This document shows, one piece after another, positions 1-24,785 of a stretch of DNA of 64,000 bases. The stretch comes from Macrostomum lignano (lineage: Eukaryota). The position numbers and the translations under genes were made by a program. Positions within the stretch are counted from its first letter, which is position 1. Every line of letters begins with the position of its first letter. The notes beneath the pieces were generated by a model that saw nothing but the letters and a program-made list of their open reading frames with translations, searched no databases and had not been told where the DNA came from. Location of the stretch: positions 62,001-126,000 of the forward strand of contig NIVC01001921.1 in NCBI GenBank assembly GCA_002269645.1. Reading direction: 5' to 3'.

Positions 1-326
1 GCACCCACCCCATTTCATAGACTCACCCACACCATTGCAGAGCCGCACCCACTCCATTGCAGAGCCGCACCCACCCCATTGCAGAGCCGCACCCACCCCA
101 TTGCAGAGCCGCACCCACCCCATTGCAGAGCCGCACCCACCCCATTGCAGAGCCGCACCCACTCAATTGCAGAGCCGCACCCACCCCATTGCAGAGCCGC
201 ACCCACCCCATTGCAGAGCCGCACCCACCCCATTTCAGAGCCGCACCCACCCCATTGCAGAGCCGCACCCACCCCATTGCAGAGCCGCACCCACCCCATT
301 GCAGAGCCGCACCCACCCCATTTCAG
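1..326 (+). repeat. 22-bp minisatellite (gcagagccgcacccaccccatt)n
   Basis: Direct inspection; about 14 copies ending at the FReD acceptor. Confidence 0.95.
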
Positions 327-1058
327 AGCCCTGTCCAAAGCAGGCCGTCGTTGAGGACAGTCGCTACTGCGTGTTCATGCAGCGCGTCAGCAACTCGGTT
401 CTGTTCAACCGGACGTGGGCTGAGTACGAGAGCGGCTTCGGCAACTCAGAGAATTGGTGGATGGGTGAGTCATGAGCAGAGCTGGTGATGGGTGATAGGT
501 GAGTCATGAGCAGAGTTGGTGATGGTGATGGTGAGTCATGAGCAGAGCTGGTGATGGGTGAGTCATGAGCAGAGCTGGTGATGGGTGAGTCATGATTGAT
601 GTACTGGACAAGTCACCCTGACCTCTCCAGGTCTCCGGTCCCTCCACGCTCTCACCGCAAGCGGATCCGAAAAGCTGAGGGTGGAGATGACCTCCTGGGA
701 CAATGTCAGCTACTTCTGCGAGCACCCGAACTTCATGGTGCAGAGCCAGCTCACCAACTATACTCTGACGGTGGCACCGTTTCTCAGCGATCGCTGCAGC
801 GTCAATTACGATGCGATGATTTACCACTCAGGCATGCAGTTCTCCACTTTGGACGCTGACAATGACGCTGCATCAAGTGTGCATTGCTCCCGCGAGAGAG
901 GCGGCGGTGGCTGGTGGTTCAAGAGATGCGTGTTGCCGAACCCGACAGGGATCTACTCGAATGTGTCCATCCACCGCAGGCAGAACATGGTCTGGAAAGT
1001 AGAATCTGTTGACATTCCGTTAAAAAGTATCAAGCTAATGGTCAGCGCCACTCCATGA
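327..1058 (+). CDS. Fibrinogen C-terminal domain (FReD; ficolin/angiopoietin/tenascin-like) protein, last two exons; 5' exons lie upstream of the window
   Basis: Exons 327-464 (tttcag|AGCCC ... TGGATGG|gtgagt) and 631-1058 (ctccag|GTCTC ... TGA), joined in phase 1. They give CVFMQRVSNSVLFNRTWAEYESGFGNSENWWMGLRSLHALT..LRVEM..HSGMQFSTLDADND..C..GGGWWFKRC..NPTG, the canonical FReD motifs. AATAAA at 1253-1258. An alternative acceptor at 343 is possible. Confidence 0.92.
465..595 (+). repeat. ~27-bp minisatellite (gtgagtcatgagcagagctggtgatgg)n
   Basis: About 4-5 copies filling most of a 166-bp FReD intron. Confidence 0.9.
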
Positions 1059-1494
1059 GCACAGCTCCATTCTGTTTGCTGTAGCCTTCACGCTAACTGA
1101 GAGCGGAGTGATAATGAGATGACCCACCCTAGTCGAAATGTTACATCTGAAAACTGAAATGAGCTTAAAACAGCGCAAATGTCTGCCACCTGCTGCACTG
1201 GATTCTTGAAAATTACAATGCTTAACAAAACTTAGTAACCTTTTCGTAGTTGAATAAATTTCACGTAGCATTCTTCTGGTTCTCTTTGCTTGCAAATTTG
1301 TAGCTTTACATAACACCTTGAGTTGGCGACCTACCAGCTGAATGAAATGATGAGGATACACCGCCTGACACAGACACTTGTCCTTCCTGTTATTTTCTGT
1401 TAATCAATCAGATTTTGCTGTCCATGGTAGCAGTCAGTCAGGAGCATTCAGCTACGTGCGTATAGGTTCCTAGAAATTACTTCTAGTAGTGCTT

Positions 1495-1844
1495 GGGGTG
1501 CGCAGCCCAGTGGTCCAGCGCGGCGCTCTGATGTACCAGCGGCCCAGGCTCGATTCCTAGTGCAGTCACATTAATTTGGGGCTAAATTGGAATCTCGGCT
1601 TGGCTCTGCTCGTGCAATTGACGCCCTTGAGAGCCAACCCCCCAAGGCGCAGTGAAGTGTACATGCCTAATGATAAATAAGTTAGGGCCGCTGTACACTC
1701 CTGTGTGAGGTGTGCCTGTGCGTATGACTGCGTACGTATCCGCGCACTTGTGTGCCTGCTCCGGGGAGTCGGCGGAATGGGCAGTAATGCCTCTCGCCGG
1801 TTGTGTGACAATGTCGCTTAAAGTGCGCCAGAGAAACTAACTGG
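1495..1844 (+). mobile_element. tRNA-derived SINE (family 1), apparently full length
   Basis: Head GGGGTGCGCAGCCCAGTGG (A-box-like) and GGCTCGATTCC (B-box-like). Degenerate 11-bp TSD tagtagtgctt (1484-1494) / tggtagtcctt (1845-1855). The body motif GGGCCGCTGTACAC recurs at about 29388 and 31405. Confidence 0.65.
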
Positions 1845-2177
1845 TGGTAGTCCTTGATTTCAAATTTTTGCACTTCTGACTTCAAAGTGAAGAAAATAGC
1901 AAAATCCGAAACACACAAGAAAACGTCCTGTCGCAAAGCAGAATGCCAGTTTCCATGACAATCGGTTGGCCGAGATTCCTCAATGTATTTTCGCTGGTGC
2001 CAATCGGTGCAAAAGTAGCAATCAGGAATTTGCTAATGAAAATACTGGCAGGCCGACCGAGTCTCTGCAACCATCCACGTCAGGGCTGCTAAACGGCGCA
2101 GGTGAGATAATTAGACCTATGCTGCTGCTGGGGACTATTTAACAGTGGGGATTCGATCTATGAAATATGGTGGGGGG

Positions 2178-15237
<13,060 letters not shown>

Positions 15238-15344
15238 CTGGATTTTGAGGTGGAGATAAAGGCTGATTTTCAGGGCTTATTGAAAATGGGATTTTGTACG
15301 AGCTATATTACTGGAAAACGTCAATAATCTTCGTACGTAGCTCA

Positions 15345-15775
15345 TAAGTGTAGAGAGTCTCTCAAGCTCCACGCTGCTTTGACCGAACCTTAGAAGTGTT
15401 TTGTCTATGGGCGAAGCGTAAAGAGCCTCTCAAGCTCCACGCTGCTTTGACCGCACCTCACATGTGCTTTGTCTATGGGCGAAGCGTAAAGAGCCTCTCA
15501 AGCTCCTTGCTGTTTTGACCGCACCTCAGACAGGTTTTGTCTATGGGCGAAGCGTAGAGAGTCTCTCAAGCTCCTCTCTGCTTTGATCTCACCTCGGAAG
15601 TGTTTTTGTCTATGGCCGAAGCGTAGAGAGCCTCACAAGCTCCTATCTGCTTTGACCGCACCTCAGTGGTGTTTTGTCTATGGGTGAAGCGTAGAGAGCC
15701 TCACAAGCTCCTCTCTGCTTTGACCGCACCTCAGAGGTGTTTTGTCTATGGGTGAAGCGTACAGGGCCTCACAAG
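15345..15775. repeat. 68-bp diverged minisatellite, about 6 copies
   Basis: gtctatggg recurs near 15403, 15471 and 15539. Confidence 0.9.
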
Positions 15776-15890
15776 ATTTTTTTCTGTATTACCAACACAT
15801 CAAATGGCAGCTTTATGTCTATGCATTGCAGAAGCGTAGAGAGCCTCCAAAGCTCTTTACCACGCACCAGACGCAGAAAAATCAACTCAC

Positions 15891-15980
15891 TTCGGGATCA
15901 ATCTGTGCAGCCAGAGATCTGCGATGGCAGGCGCCGCTTCCGCCGGCACTGTTTCCGCCCCTCGAAGTGGCCTCCGCCAT
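15891..15980 (-). CDS. Candidate first coding exon A of the DPP gene (MAEATSRGGNSAGGSGACHRRSLAAQIDPE)
   Basis: aaaaATGG start at 15980, 30 open codons, phase-0 donor GAA|GTGAGT. Joins in frame to the phase-0 acceptor at 15237 (ELVGS). Nearest candidate to the shared exons. Confidence 0.75.
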
Positions 15981-17269
15981 TTTTCCAAATCAAATCTTTC
16001 AGCTGCCTGTCCCTCTCTCCTCGACAAGGGCAAAAAATGATTCTCGTCGTCAAGAAACGAGAAGAAATATCCCATCCTGCGGTCTTTATGATCTCCTCTT
16101 CCATCTATTCCGCCTCTCCCCAACTGCTCATTCGCGCCCGCCATCTGGCGCGTCTCATTTTCGAGCTCGCCTGCCTCTCCTCCCATCGCTTCCTTCCTCT
16201 CTCGCTTCTCCCACTGTCAGAGAGGCAGATGGGAGCTTTCGAGATGGAATTGCTGGCCAAGAAGCCAAAGAGCTTGGCGGAGGAATAAAAGCGGGGGTTG
16301 CAGGTGAGCAATGTCTGCCCTCCCTGCTGTCACCCCTGCTCCTGCCCGCTGCCAAGATGAGCACAAAGAGGAACGGCGGCAAAATAGAAGGGATGCCACC
16401 TGATGCCGGCTGGAAGACAGCTACAGGAGCTGCTGCACTTCTGCTACTATAAGAAGATTGTTATCAGACTGGGGATGGTCGCGTAGTGTTGCTTCGTGCC
16501 AAATTTCTGGCAATTGTTGACTCTCGGCTTATCAGTCAATTCGGTGTTCTTCCTGGGGTCGCTGGCAGATGCTGGCAAACATTTGCCGACAGCTGTCACT
16601 CGAGCTGTCACTCCACTGCTGCCTGGCACTCTATTGGGGTATTTCTGTAACTTTCTGCTCAGACCATCTGCTTGCTTGTCTTTCTGTATTTTTCTTTGCC
16701 ATTAACTCTTGTCTGTCTCCGCGTGGCTCCCGACAGGTTTCTCTGGTTTCACTCCGTTTTTCACTTCATTTTTACTCCGTTTGTCACTCCATTCTCACTC
16801 GATTTGTCACTCTTTCTCACAGTTTTTCTTCTCTCCATGCTCGTCCAACCCAACAAGAAATCTGTACTATAAATGAGCGGCCCGGATGGGCGGCCTCACT
16901 GAGCGGACAGCTCAATACAGAAAGCAGGGACCTGAGACAGCAAGTCACAGATCAAGAAAAGCGAAGATCCATCGATGGGATGGAGAATGCGTCACTCGCG
17001 TGTCAGGGAGCAGCTCAAGTAACAAGAGCCCATATTGCCGTGCCCCAATGTGCATCAATATTGCCCAGCGCCTCCGTGTAGAAGGCAAAAACTTATATCG
17101 ATTTTGCCGAAACCCTCCCTGAGAATTTCAACTGAACCAAAAAATCCCTGCCCACACTCTGAGTGGTCAAGAAGTTTAACAGCATTCGATTTGGCTGCGT
17201 TGAGCATACTACTGATTTGAGTAGGCAGCGGGTGCATTCTGGGAGTGCATTCGAAGGGAACGACAAAAC

Positions 17270-18060
17270 ATTGATCAGGTGGCACCAAATTGATCAGGTG
17301 GGGCCAAATTGATCAGGTGGAGCCAAATTGATCAGGTGGCACCAAATTGATCAGGTGGGGCCAAATTGATCAGGTGGGGCCAAATTGATCAGGTGGAGCC
17401 AAATTGATCAGGTGGCACCAAATTGATCAGGTGGGGCCAAATTGATCAGGTGGGGCCAAATTGATCAGGTGGGGCCGAATTGATCAGGTGGGGCCAAATT
17501 GATCAGGTGGGGCCAAATTGATCAGGTGGGCCAAATTGATCAGGTGGGGCCAAATTGATCAGGTGGGGCCAAATTGATCAGGTGGGGCCAAATTGATCAG
17601 GTGGGGCCAAATTGATCAGGTGGGGCCAAATTGATCAGGTGGGGCCAAATTGATCAGGTGGGGCCAAATTGATCAGGTGGGGCCAAATTGATCAGGTGGG
17701 GCCAAATTGATCAGGTGGGGCCAAATTGATCAGGTGGGGCCAAATTGATCAGGTGGGGCCAAATTGATCAGGTGGGGCCAAATTGATCAGGTGGGGCCAA
17801 ATTGATCAGGTGGGGCCAAATTGATCAGGTGGGGCCAAATTGATCAGGTGGGGCCAAATTGATCAGGTGGGGCCAAATTGATCAGGTGGGGCCAAATTGA
17901 TCAGGTGGGGCCAAATTGATCAGGTGGGGCCAAATTGATCAGGTGGGGCCAAATTGATCAGGTGGGGCCAAATTGATCAGGTGGGGCCAAATTGATCAGG
18001 TGGGGCCAAATTGATCAGGTGGGGCCAAATTGATCAGGTGGGGCCAAATTGATCAGGTGG
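17270..18060. repeat. 19-bp minisatellite (aaattgatcaggtggggcc)n
   Basis: About 41 copies. Confidence 0.96.
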
Positions 18061-18699
18061 GCTAGATTACGCAGACACGCTGATAAGCCGCTCACGAGAT
18101 TCCCTAAGCTACAAAAATCTGCAGCATCCACCTACCTCATCCGCAGTTGCATAAGCCGATTCCATGAAGCCAACTCCGAAATGACAGAACAGAGCGAGCA
18201 AGCACCGGATTTCCAATCACAGCGTGCCTTCACTTTTAAGGGCCAAATTTTACAATACCTGTCTCTCACTGCCTGTCCTGAACTACTCGCAAGCCGTTTC
18301 GGGTGGGAAAGCCTTCAGCCAATCAGCTCTCAGTTTGAAAATGGGGCCGTTAAGCGAACTGTTTTGTTAAAATACCAACTTGTCAAGCCCGGGATGAAAA
18401 ATTGCTGACGGAGCAGCGCTGAAGGCGGATTAGCGAGAATCCGGGGGGGGGGGGATGAGATTGACAAGACGGTGGTGTGACGCTGGCAGCTGCATCAGCT
18501 TAAAACCATAAATGCATCTGATATAAGATCCTGTGAAATAACTCTGAGCTCCCTATGAGATCCCCGAGAATCCCCCCGAGATTGCTATGAGATCACTTTG
18601 GAATCTCTACTAGATAACTGAGAGTCCATGAGTTTCAACCCGAGATCCTATGAGATCTCAGTGACCCCATTACAGCTATTCCTTGAGAATCTAAGTGAG

Positions 18700-18980
18700 A
18701 CCTAATTGAGAATCTAAATGAGATATAATCTTAAGAATCTAAGTATGAGCTAATTAAGAATCCAATCGAGGACTAATGAGATCTAATTAAGAATCTAAAT
18801 GAGACCTAATTAAGAATCTAAGTGAGATCTAATTGAGAATCTAAATGAGATCTAATTAAGAATCTAAGTGAGAGCTAATTAAAGAATCTAAGTGAGATCT
18901 AATTAAAAATCCAAGTGAAATCTAATTAAGAATCTGAGTGAGACCTAATTAAGAATATAAGTGAGACCTAATTGAGAAGG
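18700..18980. repeat. Degenerate ~22-bp minisatellite (gagatctaattaagaatctaagt-like)
   Basis: Direct inspection. Confidence 0.8.
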
Positions 18981-19510
18981 CCAGTGCTATCTCCAGCGCT
19001 TAGTCCCCAATCGCATATGAATCGGTGAGGGATTAATCAACATAGGAGTAAGCTGGCTTAAGAAGCTGAGAAAGGCATAGAAAGTGCTCAAAGCGCTGGA
19101 GAATCTGTGTCCCATTCAATTAGCCGAGCGACTGCCTTCCGGGGCTGGAGATGGGAGAGGAAAAGGGAGGCCCCGGAGCTGCCTCATCTGGCCCCGCCTT
19201 TCCCAATATCCTGCCTCTGTACGATGCGAGCTCTCTGTGCTCCGTGGTGAGGGGTTCTCAGGCGCTGAGCACTCCGGGGTTTCCGCACGACCGGCCGGGC
19301 TGCTCGAGAGATTCGGCCGGGTTTCCTTTGTAAGCCGGGGAAGTTCCCTTTAGTCCCGAGTTCGAATCGACTCCCCAAAAATTAGGGGACGAACTGCGAC
19401 AGTTGAGGTTAGTCGTTAATCCTTCGCTGATTTCAGGCATTTAAATCCTTCTGAACTCACTTGTTTTAGCGCTGTAAATCGTTAATCCTTCGTATGTACT
19501 GTACTGTATC

Positions 19511-21450
19511 GGATTGTAGCCTAGTGGGGGTTGTAGCCTAGTAGGGGTTGCAGCCTAGTGGGGGTTGCAGCCTAGTGGGGGTTGTAGCCTAGTGGGGGTT
19601 GTAGCCTAGTGGGGGTTGCAGCCTAGTGGGGGTTGTAGCCTAGTGGGGGTTTTAGCCTAGTGGGGGTTGTAGCCTAGTAGGGGTAGCAGACTAGTGGGGG
19701 TTGTAGCTTAGTGGGGGTTGTAGCCTAGTGGTGTTTGTAGTCTAGTGGGGGTTGTAGCCTAGTGGGGGTTGTAGCCTAGTGGGGGTTGTAGCCTAGTGGG
19801 GGTTGTAGCCTAGTGGGGGTTATAGCCTAGTGGGGGTTGCAGCCTAGTGGGGGTTGTAGCCTAGTGGGGGTTTTAGCCTAGTGGGGGTTGTAGCCTAGTG
19901 GGGGTTGTACGAGTAGCCTAGTGGGGGTTGCAGCCTAGTGGGGGTTGCAGCTTAGTGGGGGTTGTAGCCTAATGGGGGTTGTAGCCTAATGGGGGGTTGT
20001 AGCCTAGTGGGGGTTGTAGCCTAGTGGGGGTTGTAGCCTAGTGGGGGTTGTAGCCTAGTGGGGGTTGTAGCCTAGTGGGGGTTGTAGCCTAGTGGGGGTT
20101 GCAGCCTAGTGGGGGTTGCAGCCTAGTGGGGGTTGTAGCCTAGTGGGGGTTGCAGCCTAGTGGGGGTTGTAGCCTAGTGGGGGTTTTAGCCTAGTGGGGT
20201 TGTAGCCTAGTGGGGGTTGTACGAGTAGCCTAGTGGGGGTTGCAGCCTAGTGGGGGTTGCAGCTTAGTGGGGGTTGTAGCCTAGTGGGGGGTTGTAGCCT
20301 AATGGGGGGTTGTAGCCTAGTGGGGGTTGCAGCCTAGTGGTGGTTATAGCCTAGTGGGGGTTTTAGCCTAGTGGGGGTTGTAGCCTAGTGGGGGTTGCAG
20401 CCTAGTGGGGGTTGTAGCCTAGTGGGGGGTTGCAGCCTAGTGGGGGTTGTAGCCTAGTGGGGGTTGCAGCCTAGTGGGGGTTGTAGCCTAGTGGGGGTTT
20501 TAGCCTAGTGGGGGTTGTAGACTAGTGGGGGTTGTACGAGTAGCCTAGTGGGGGTTGCAGCCTAGTGGGGGTTGTAGCCTAGTGGGGGTTGCAGCCTAGT
20601 GGGGGTTGTAGCCTAGTGGGGGTTGTAGCCTAGTGGGGGTTGTACGAGTAGCCTAGTGGGGGTTGCAGCCTAGTGGGGGTTGTAGCCTAGTGGGGGTTGT
20701 AGCCTAGTGGGGGTTGTAGCCTAGTGGGGGTTGTAGCCTAGTGGGGGTTGTAGCCTAGTGGGGGTTGTAGCCTAGTGGGGGTTGTAGCCTAGTGGGGGTT
20801 GTAGCCTAGTGGGGGTTGTAGCCTAGTGGGGGTTGTAGCCTAGTGGGGGTTGTAGCCTAGTGGGGGTTGTAGCCTAGTGGGGGTTGTAGCCTAGTGGGGG
20901 TTGTAGCCTAGTGGGGGTTGTAGCCTAGTGGGGGTTATAGCCTAGTGGGGGTTTTAGCCTAGTGGGGGTTGCAGCCTAGTGGGGTTTGTACGAGTAGCCT
21001 AGTGGGGGTTGCAGCCTAGTGGTGGTTATAGCCTAGTGGGGGCTGTAGCCTAGTGGGGGTTGTAGCCTAGTGGGGGTTGTAGCCTAGTGGGGGTTGTAGC
21101 CTAGTGGGGGTTGCAGACTAGTGGGGGTTGCAGACTAGTGGGGGTTGTAGCCTAGTGGGGGTTGTAGCCTAGTGGGGGTTTTAGCCTAGTGGGGGTTGCA
21201 GCCTAGTGGGGGTTGTACGAGTAGCCTAGTGGGGGTTGCAGCCTAGTGGGGGTTGCAGCTTAGTGGGGGGTTGTAGCCTAGTGGGGGGTTGTAGCCTAGT
21301 GGGGGGTTGTAGCCTAGTGGGGCGTTGTAGCCTAGTGGGGGGTTGTAGCCTAGTGGGGGGTTGTAGCCTAGTGGGGCGTTGTAGCCTAGTGGGGGGTTGT
21401 AGCCTAATGGGGGGTTGTAGCCTAATGGGGGGTTGTATCCTAGTGGGGGG
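19511..21450 (+). repeat. 18-bp minisatellite (gttgtagcctagtggggg)n, unit contains a Pol III A-box
   Basis: About 107 copies; the TAGCCTAGTGG core matches TRGCNNAGYGG. Confidence 0.96.
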
Positions 21451-21765
21451 ACTATTGGGGGCCCCACTCCGATGTTAAAGCGTCGAACTCTCGACTTGAT
21501 GGTCGGGGGTTCGATTCCAGATCCCACTGAAACAAGTTATGTGCTTGAGTAAGACACTTAAATCTGCATCGCTTCAGTTCACCCAGCTGTAAAATGGGTG
21601 CCAGCATTAGCTGGGGTAATTGAGGGTGTGTGGCGACCCTCCAGTCCTTGGACTGAACAGCCGTACGCAGCCTTCAGATGCGCCGCGCAATAGCTGCGGC
21701 TGAGCTGTCGGTTGCACATCTGGCTCATTTGGGGCAGGTGTAATCCTATTATATTATTTATTATC
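19511..21765 (+). mobile_element. tRNA-derived CORE-like SINE (family 2) split by amplification of its own A-box
   Basis: Starts GGATTGTAGCCTAGTGG at 19511 and resumes GTTAAAGCG at 21474. B-box GGTTCGATTCC at 21508-21518. CORE-like gtgcttgagtaagacacttaa..cttcagttcacccagctgtaaaatggg at 21541-21598. AT-rich tail at about 21747-21764. Confidence 0.8.
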
Positions 21766-21770
21766 ATGCA

Positions 21771-22258
21771 CTGTAAGTACTGTATGTACTGTATTTACTG
21801 TATGTACTGTATGTAACTGTATGTAACTGTATGTACTGTATGTACTGCATGTACTGTATGTACTGTATGTACTATATGTACTATATGTACTGTATGTGAT
21901 GTATGTACTGTATGTACTGTATGTAACTGTATGTAACTGTATGTAACTGTATGTACTGCATGTACTGTATGTACTGTATGTACTGTATGTACTGTATGTA
22001 ACTGTATGTAACTGTATGTAACTGTATGTAACTGTATGTAACTGTATGTAACTGTATGTACTGCATGTACTGTATGTACTGTATGTACTGCATGTACTGT
22101 ATGTACTGTATGTACTGTATGTACTATATGTACTGTATGTAACTGTATGTAACTGTATGTACTGTATGTAACTGTATGTACTGTATGTACTATATGTACT
22201 GTATGTAACTGTATGTAACTATATGTACTGTATGTGATGTATGTACTGTATGTACTGC
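21771..22258. repeat. 10-bp minisatellite (actgtatgta/actgtatgt)n
   Basis: Directly follows the SINE tail. Confidence 0.93.
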
Positions 22259-22319
22259 ATAAGCATGTCGCCTATCCAGTGAAATCTTTTCTTATTTTTA
22301 TACAATCCGATTGCCTCAC

Positions 22320-22337
22320 CAGAAATGCTCCCTCCAT
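22320..22337 (-). CDS. Candidate short alternative first exon of the DPP gene (MEGAFL)
   Basis: ATG GAG GGA GCA TTT CTG|GTGAGG, phase 0, with an in-frame stop upstream. Short enough to arise by chance. Confidence 0.35.
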
Positions 22338-22659
22338 ACGGCTACTTCAAGTAGAATGAGTAGCTTAACAGGTATTTTATTTAACAAAAAGATTTCCTTA
22401 TTCCCAGAATACTTTCAGCTCGATGTCCCAGCTGTTAAATAATTTATTGCGCAAACTCGAATTTTGAACGGAGATCAAGCGAGTCAAATTCGAAATGCAG
22501 CAGGATCCTGTCTGGTCTCCGGTCTGAGCTCCCCGAGGATTTGCGGGGTCAATATGCTTTGTAGGAGAAAATCCCATCAATAAACTCTGCTGCGAACTCG
22601 GAGCAAACTAACTGGGCTGGATCGATTTTCTAACCGTGATTGGGTGAGTGACAGATGAG

Positions 22660-23080
22660 ATTGAGGCATTGATAAACACACTAGAGATTGATAAACACAC
22701 TAGAGATTGATAAACACACTAGAGATTGATAAACACACTAGAGATTGATAAACACACTAGAGATTGATAAACACACTAGAGATTGATAAACACACTAGAG
22801 ATTGATAAACACACTAGAGATTGATAAACACACTAGAGATTGATAAACACTCTAGAGATTGATAAACACTCTAGAGATTGATAAACACACTAGAGATTGA
22901 TAAACACACTAGAGATTGATAAACACTCTAGAGATTGATAAACACTCTAGAGATTGATAAGCACACTAGAGATTGATAAACACACTAGAGATTGATAAAC
23001 ACACTAGAGATTGATAAACACACTAGAGATTGATAAACACACTAGAGATTGATAAACACACTAGAGATTGATAAACACAC
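22660..23080. repeat. 19-bp minisatellite (gagattgataaacacacta)n
   Basis: About 21 copies. Confidence 0.95.
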
Positions 23081-23458
23081 AAGATGCATCCAATTTCCAG
23101 AGTCAGTTAATGGCTGATTTTACAGCTCTGGCCGCAGTTGCAATTTGATTTAAAGCTCAGTGGGGGGGGGGCAAGCCGGAGCTGAAGACTGAGTGAGGCA
23201 GGCCATGGGGGGCCGATGTTAGTGCTCATATCTCATGGCTGCCATAGCTGGGAGTGAATGGGAGGAGCAGAGCTCGAGATTGAGCAGCATCTCCCACCTC
23301 GGCCTCGGGGAATCCCCAAGCGGGCTGGTGCTAAAAAACATCTCGGCAAATTTCGCCCCTTTGACTCCGGCCGCCCTGCCTGCCCTCTGCTCGCGGAATT
23401 CTTGAAATATTTTCGTCTCTGCTCTCGATTTTATGAGTTTTCGACCGCAGCTTTGCAC

Positions 23459-24246
23459 AGAGGCGCCAGCACCAGAGGCGCCAGCACCAGAGGCGCCAGC
23501 ACCAGAGGCGCCAGCACCAGAGGCGCCAGCACCAGAGGCGCCAGCACCAGAGGCGCCAGCACCAGAGGCGCCAGCACCAGAGGCGCCAGCACCAGAGGCG
23601 CCAGCACCAGAGGCGCCAGCACCAGAGGCGCCAGCACCAGAGGCGCCAGCACCAGAGGCGCCAGCACCAGAGGCGCCAGCACCAGAGGCGCCAGCACCAG
23701 AGGCGCCAGCACCAGAGGCGCCAGCACCAGAGGCGCCAGCACCAGAGGCGCCAGCACCAGAGGCGCCAGCACCAGAGGCGCCAGCACCAGAGGCGCCAGC
23801 ACCAGAGGCGCCAGCACCAGAGGCGCCAGCACCAGAGGCGCCAGCACCAGAGGCGCCAGCACCAGAGGCGCCAGCACCAGAGGCGCCAGCACCAGAGGCG
23901 CCAGCACCAGAGGCGCCAGCACCAGAGGCGCCAGCACCAGAGGCGCCAGCACCAGAGGCGCCAGCACCAGAGGCGCCAGCACCAGAGGCGCCAGCACCAG
24001 AGGCGCCAGCACCAGAGGCGCCAGCACCAGAGGCGCCAGCACCAGAGGCGCCAGCACCAGAGGCGCCAGCACCAGAGGCGCCAGCACCAGAGGCGCCAGC
24101 ACCAGAGGCGCCAGCACCAGAGGCGCCAGCACCAGAGGCGCCAGCACCAGAGGCGCCAGCACCAGAGGCGCCAGCACCAGAGGCGCCAGCACCAGAGGCG
24201 CCAGCACCAGAGGCGCCAGCACCAGAGGCGCCAGCACCAGAGGCTC
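23459..24246. repeat. 15-bp perfect minisatellite (agaggcgccagcacc)n
   Basis: About 52 identical copies. Confidence 0.97.
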
Positions 24247-24641
24247 CAGGAGTTGCAGAAATTTCACTAATGCTGTAATTGGCTCACACCTGGACACCTA
24301 CATACGCGTGGGGCGATGTTTCTCGCAGTTTCCAGCTAGTGGCAACAAATTATCTTAGAAAAGAGCATGCTTAGGCCAATCAAATTCTGCTCATAACTTG
24401 CCCTAAACTGGCTTTTTAGGCTGATATAAAAGCTACGAATTATAATCCAATAAGTACAAGTGCATTTCTAGGAAAGTCCATAAATTGTCGTGTAGCGATC
24501 GAGGACAACCTGAGTCGGCCAGGCCGGGACTTGTAGGACAATGAAATCCGAGTGGCATTGATAAGGGGATACAGAAATGGGGGAGAGGAAGCGCGGAGGA
24601 CCGGGTCCCAACAGCTGCTACAGAAGCCTCTCTTGCCTCAC

Positions 24642-24785
24642 TGTCCGAGACTCTTCCGCTGTTCCATTGCTGAGCACACGGCAATCAATTCCCCCCGATC
24701 CCCAATTCCGACTCCCAATTCGAAAGCCATTTCTGAGCAGCCCTGACCAGCAGCTCAGGACCTGGCGGTGTTCGCGGACAAGCAT
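24642..24785 (-). CDS. Candidate alternative first exon of the DPP gene (MLVREHRQ...GTAEESRT, 48 aa)
   Basis: ATG at 24785, 48 open codons, phase-0 donor ACA|GTGAGG; lies in a unique island next to GA-rich sequence. Confidence 0.3.

Noticed and set aside
1495-1570. tRNA genes at 1495-1570 and 21474-21530
   Set aside because: A/B-box-like motifs are present, but no complete cloverleaf is evident and both continue into SINE bodies.
22398-22580. Minus-strand ORF MMGFSPTKH.. as a DPP first exon
   Set aside because: Only a weak donor (AAA|GTATTC) and no family similarity.
23258-24358. (EAPAP)n / (RGAST)n / (LAPLV)n ORFs as a repetitive structural protein
   Set aside because: Open in every frame on both strands because the 15-mer lacks stops; no signal peptide or spliced context.
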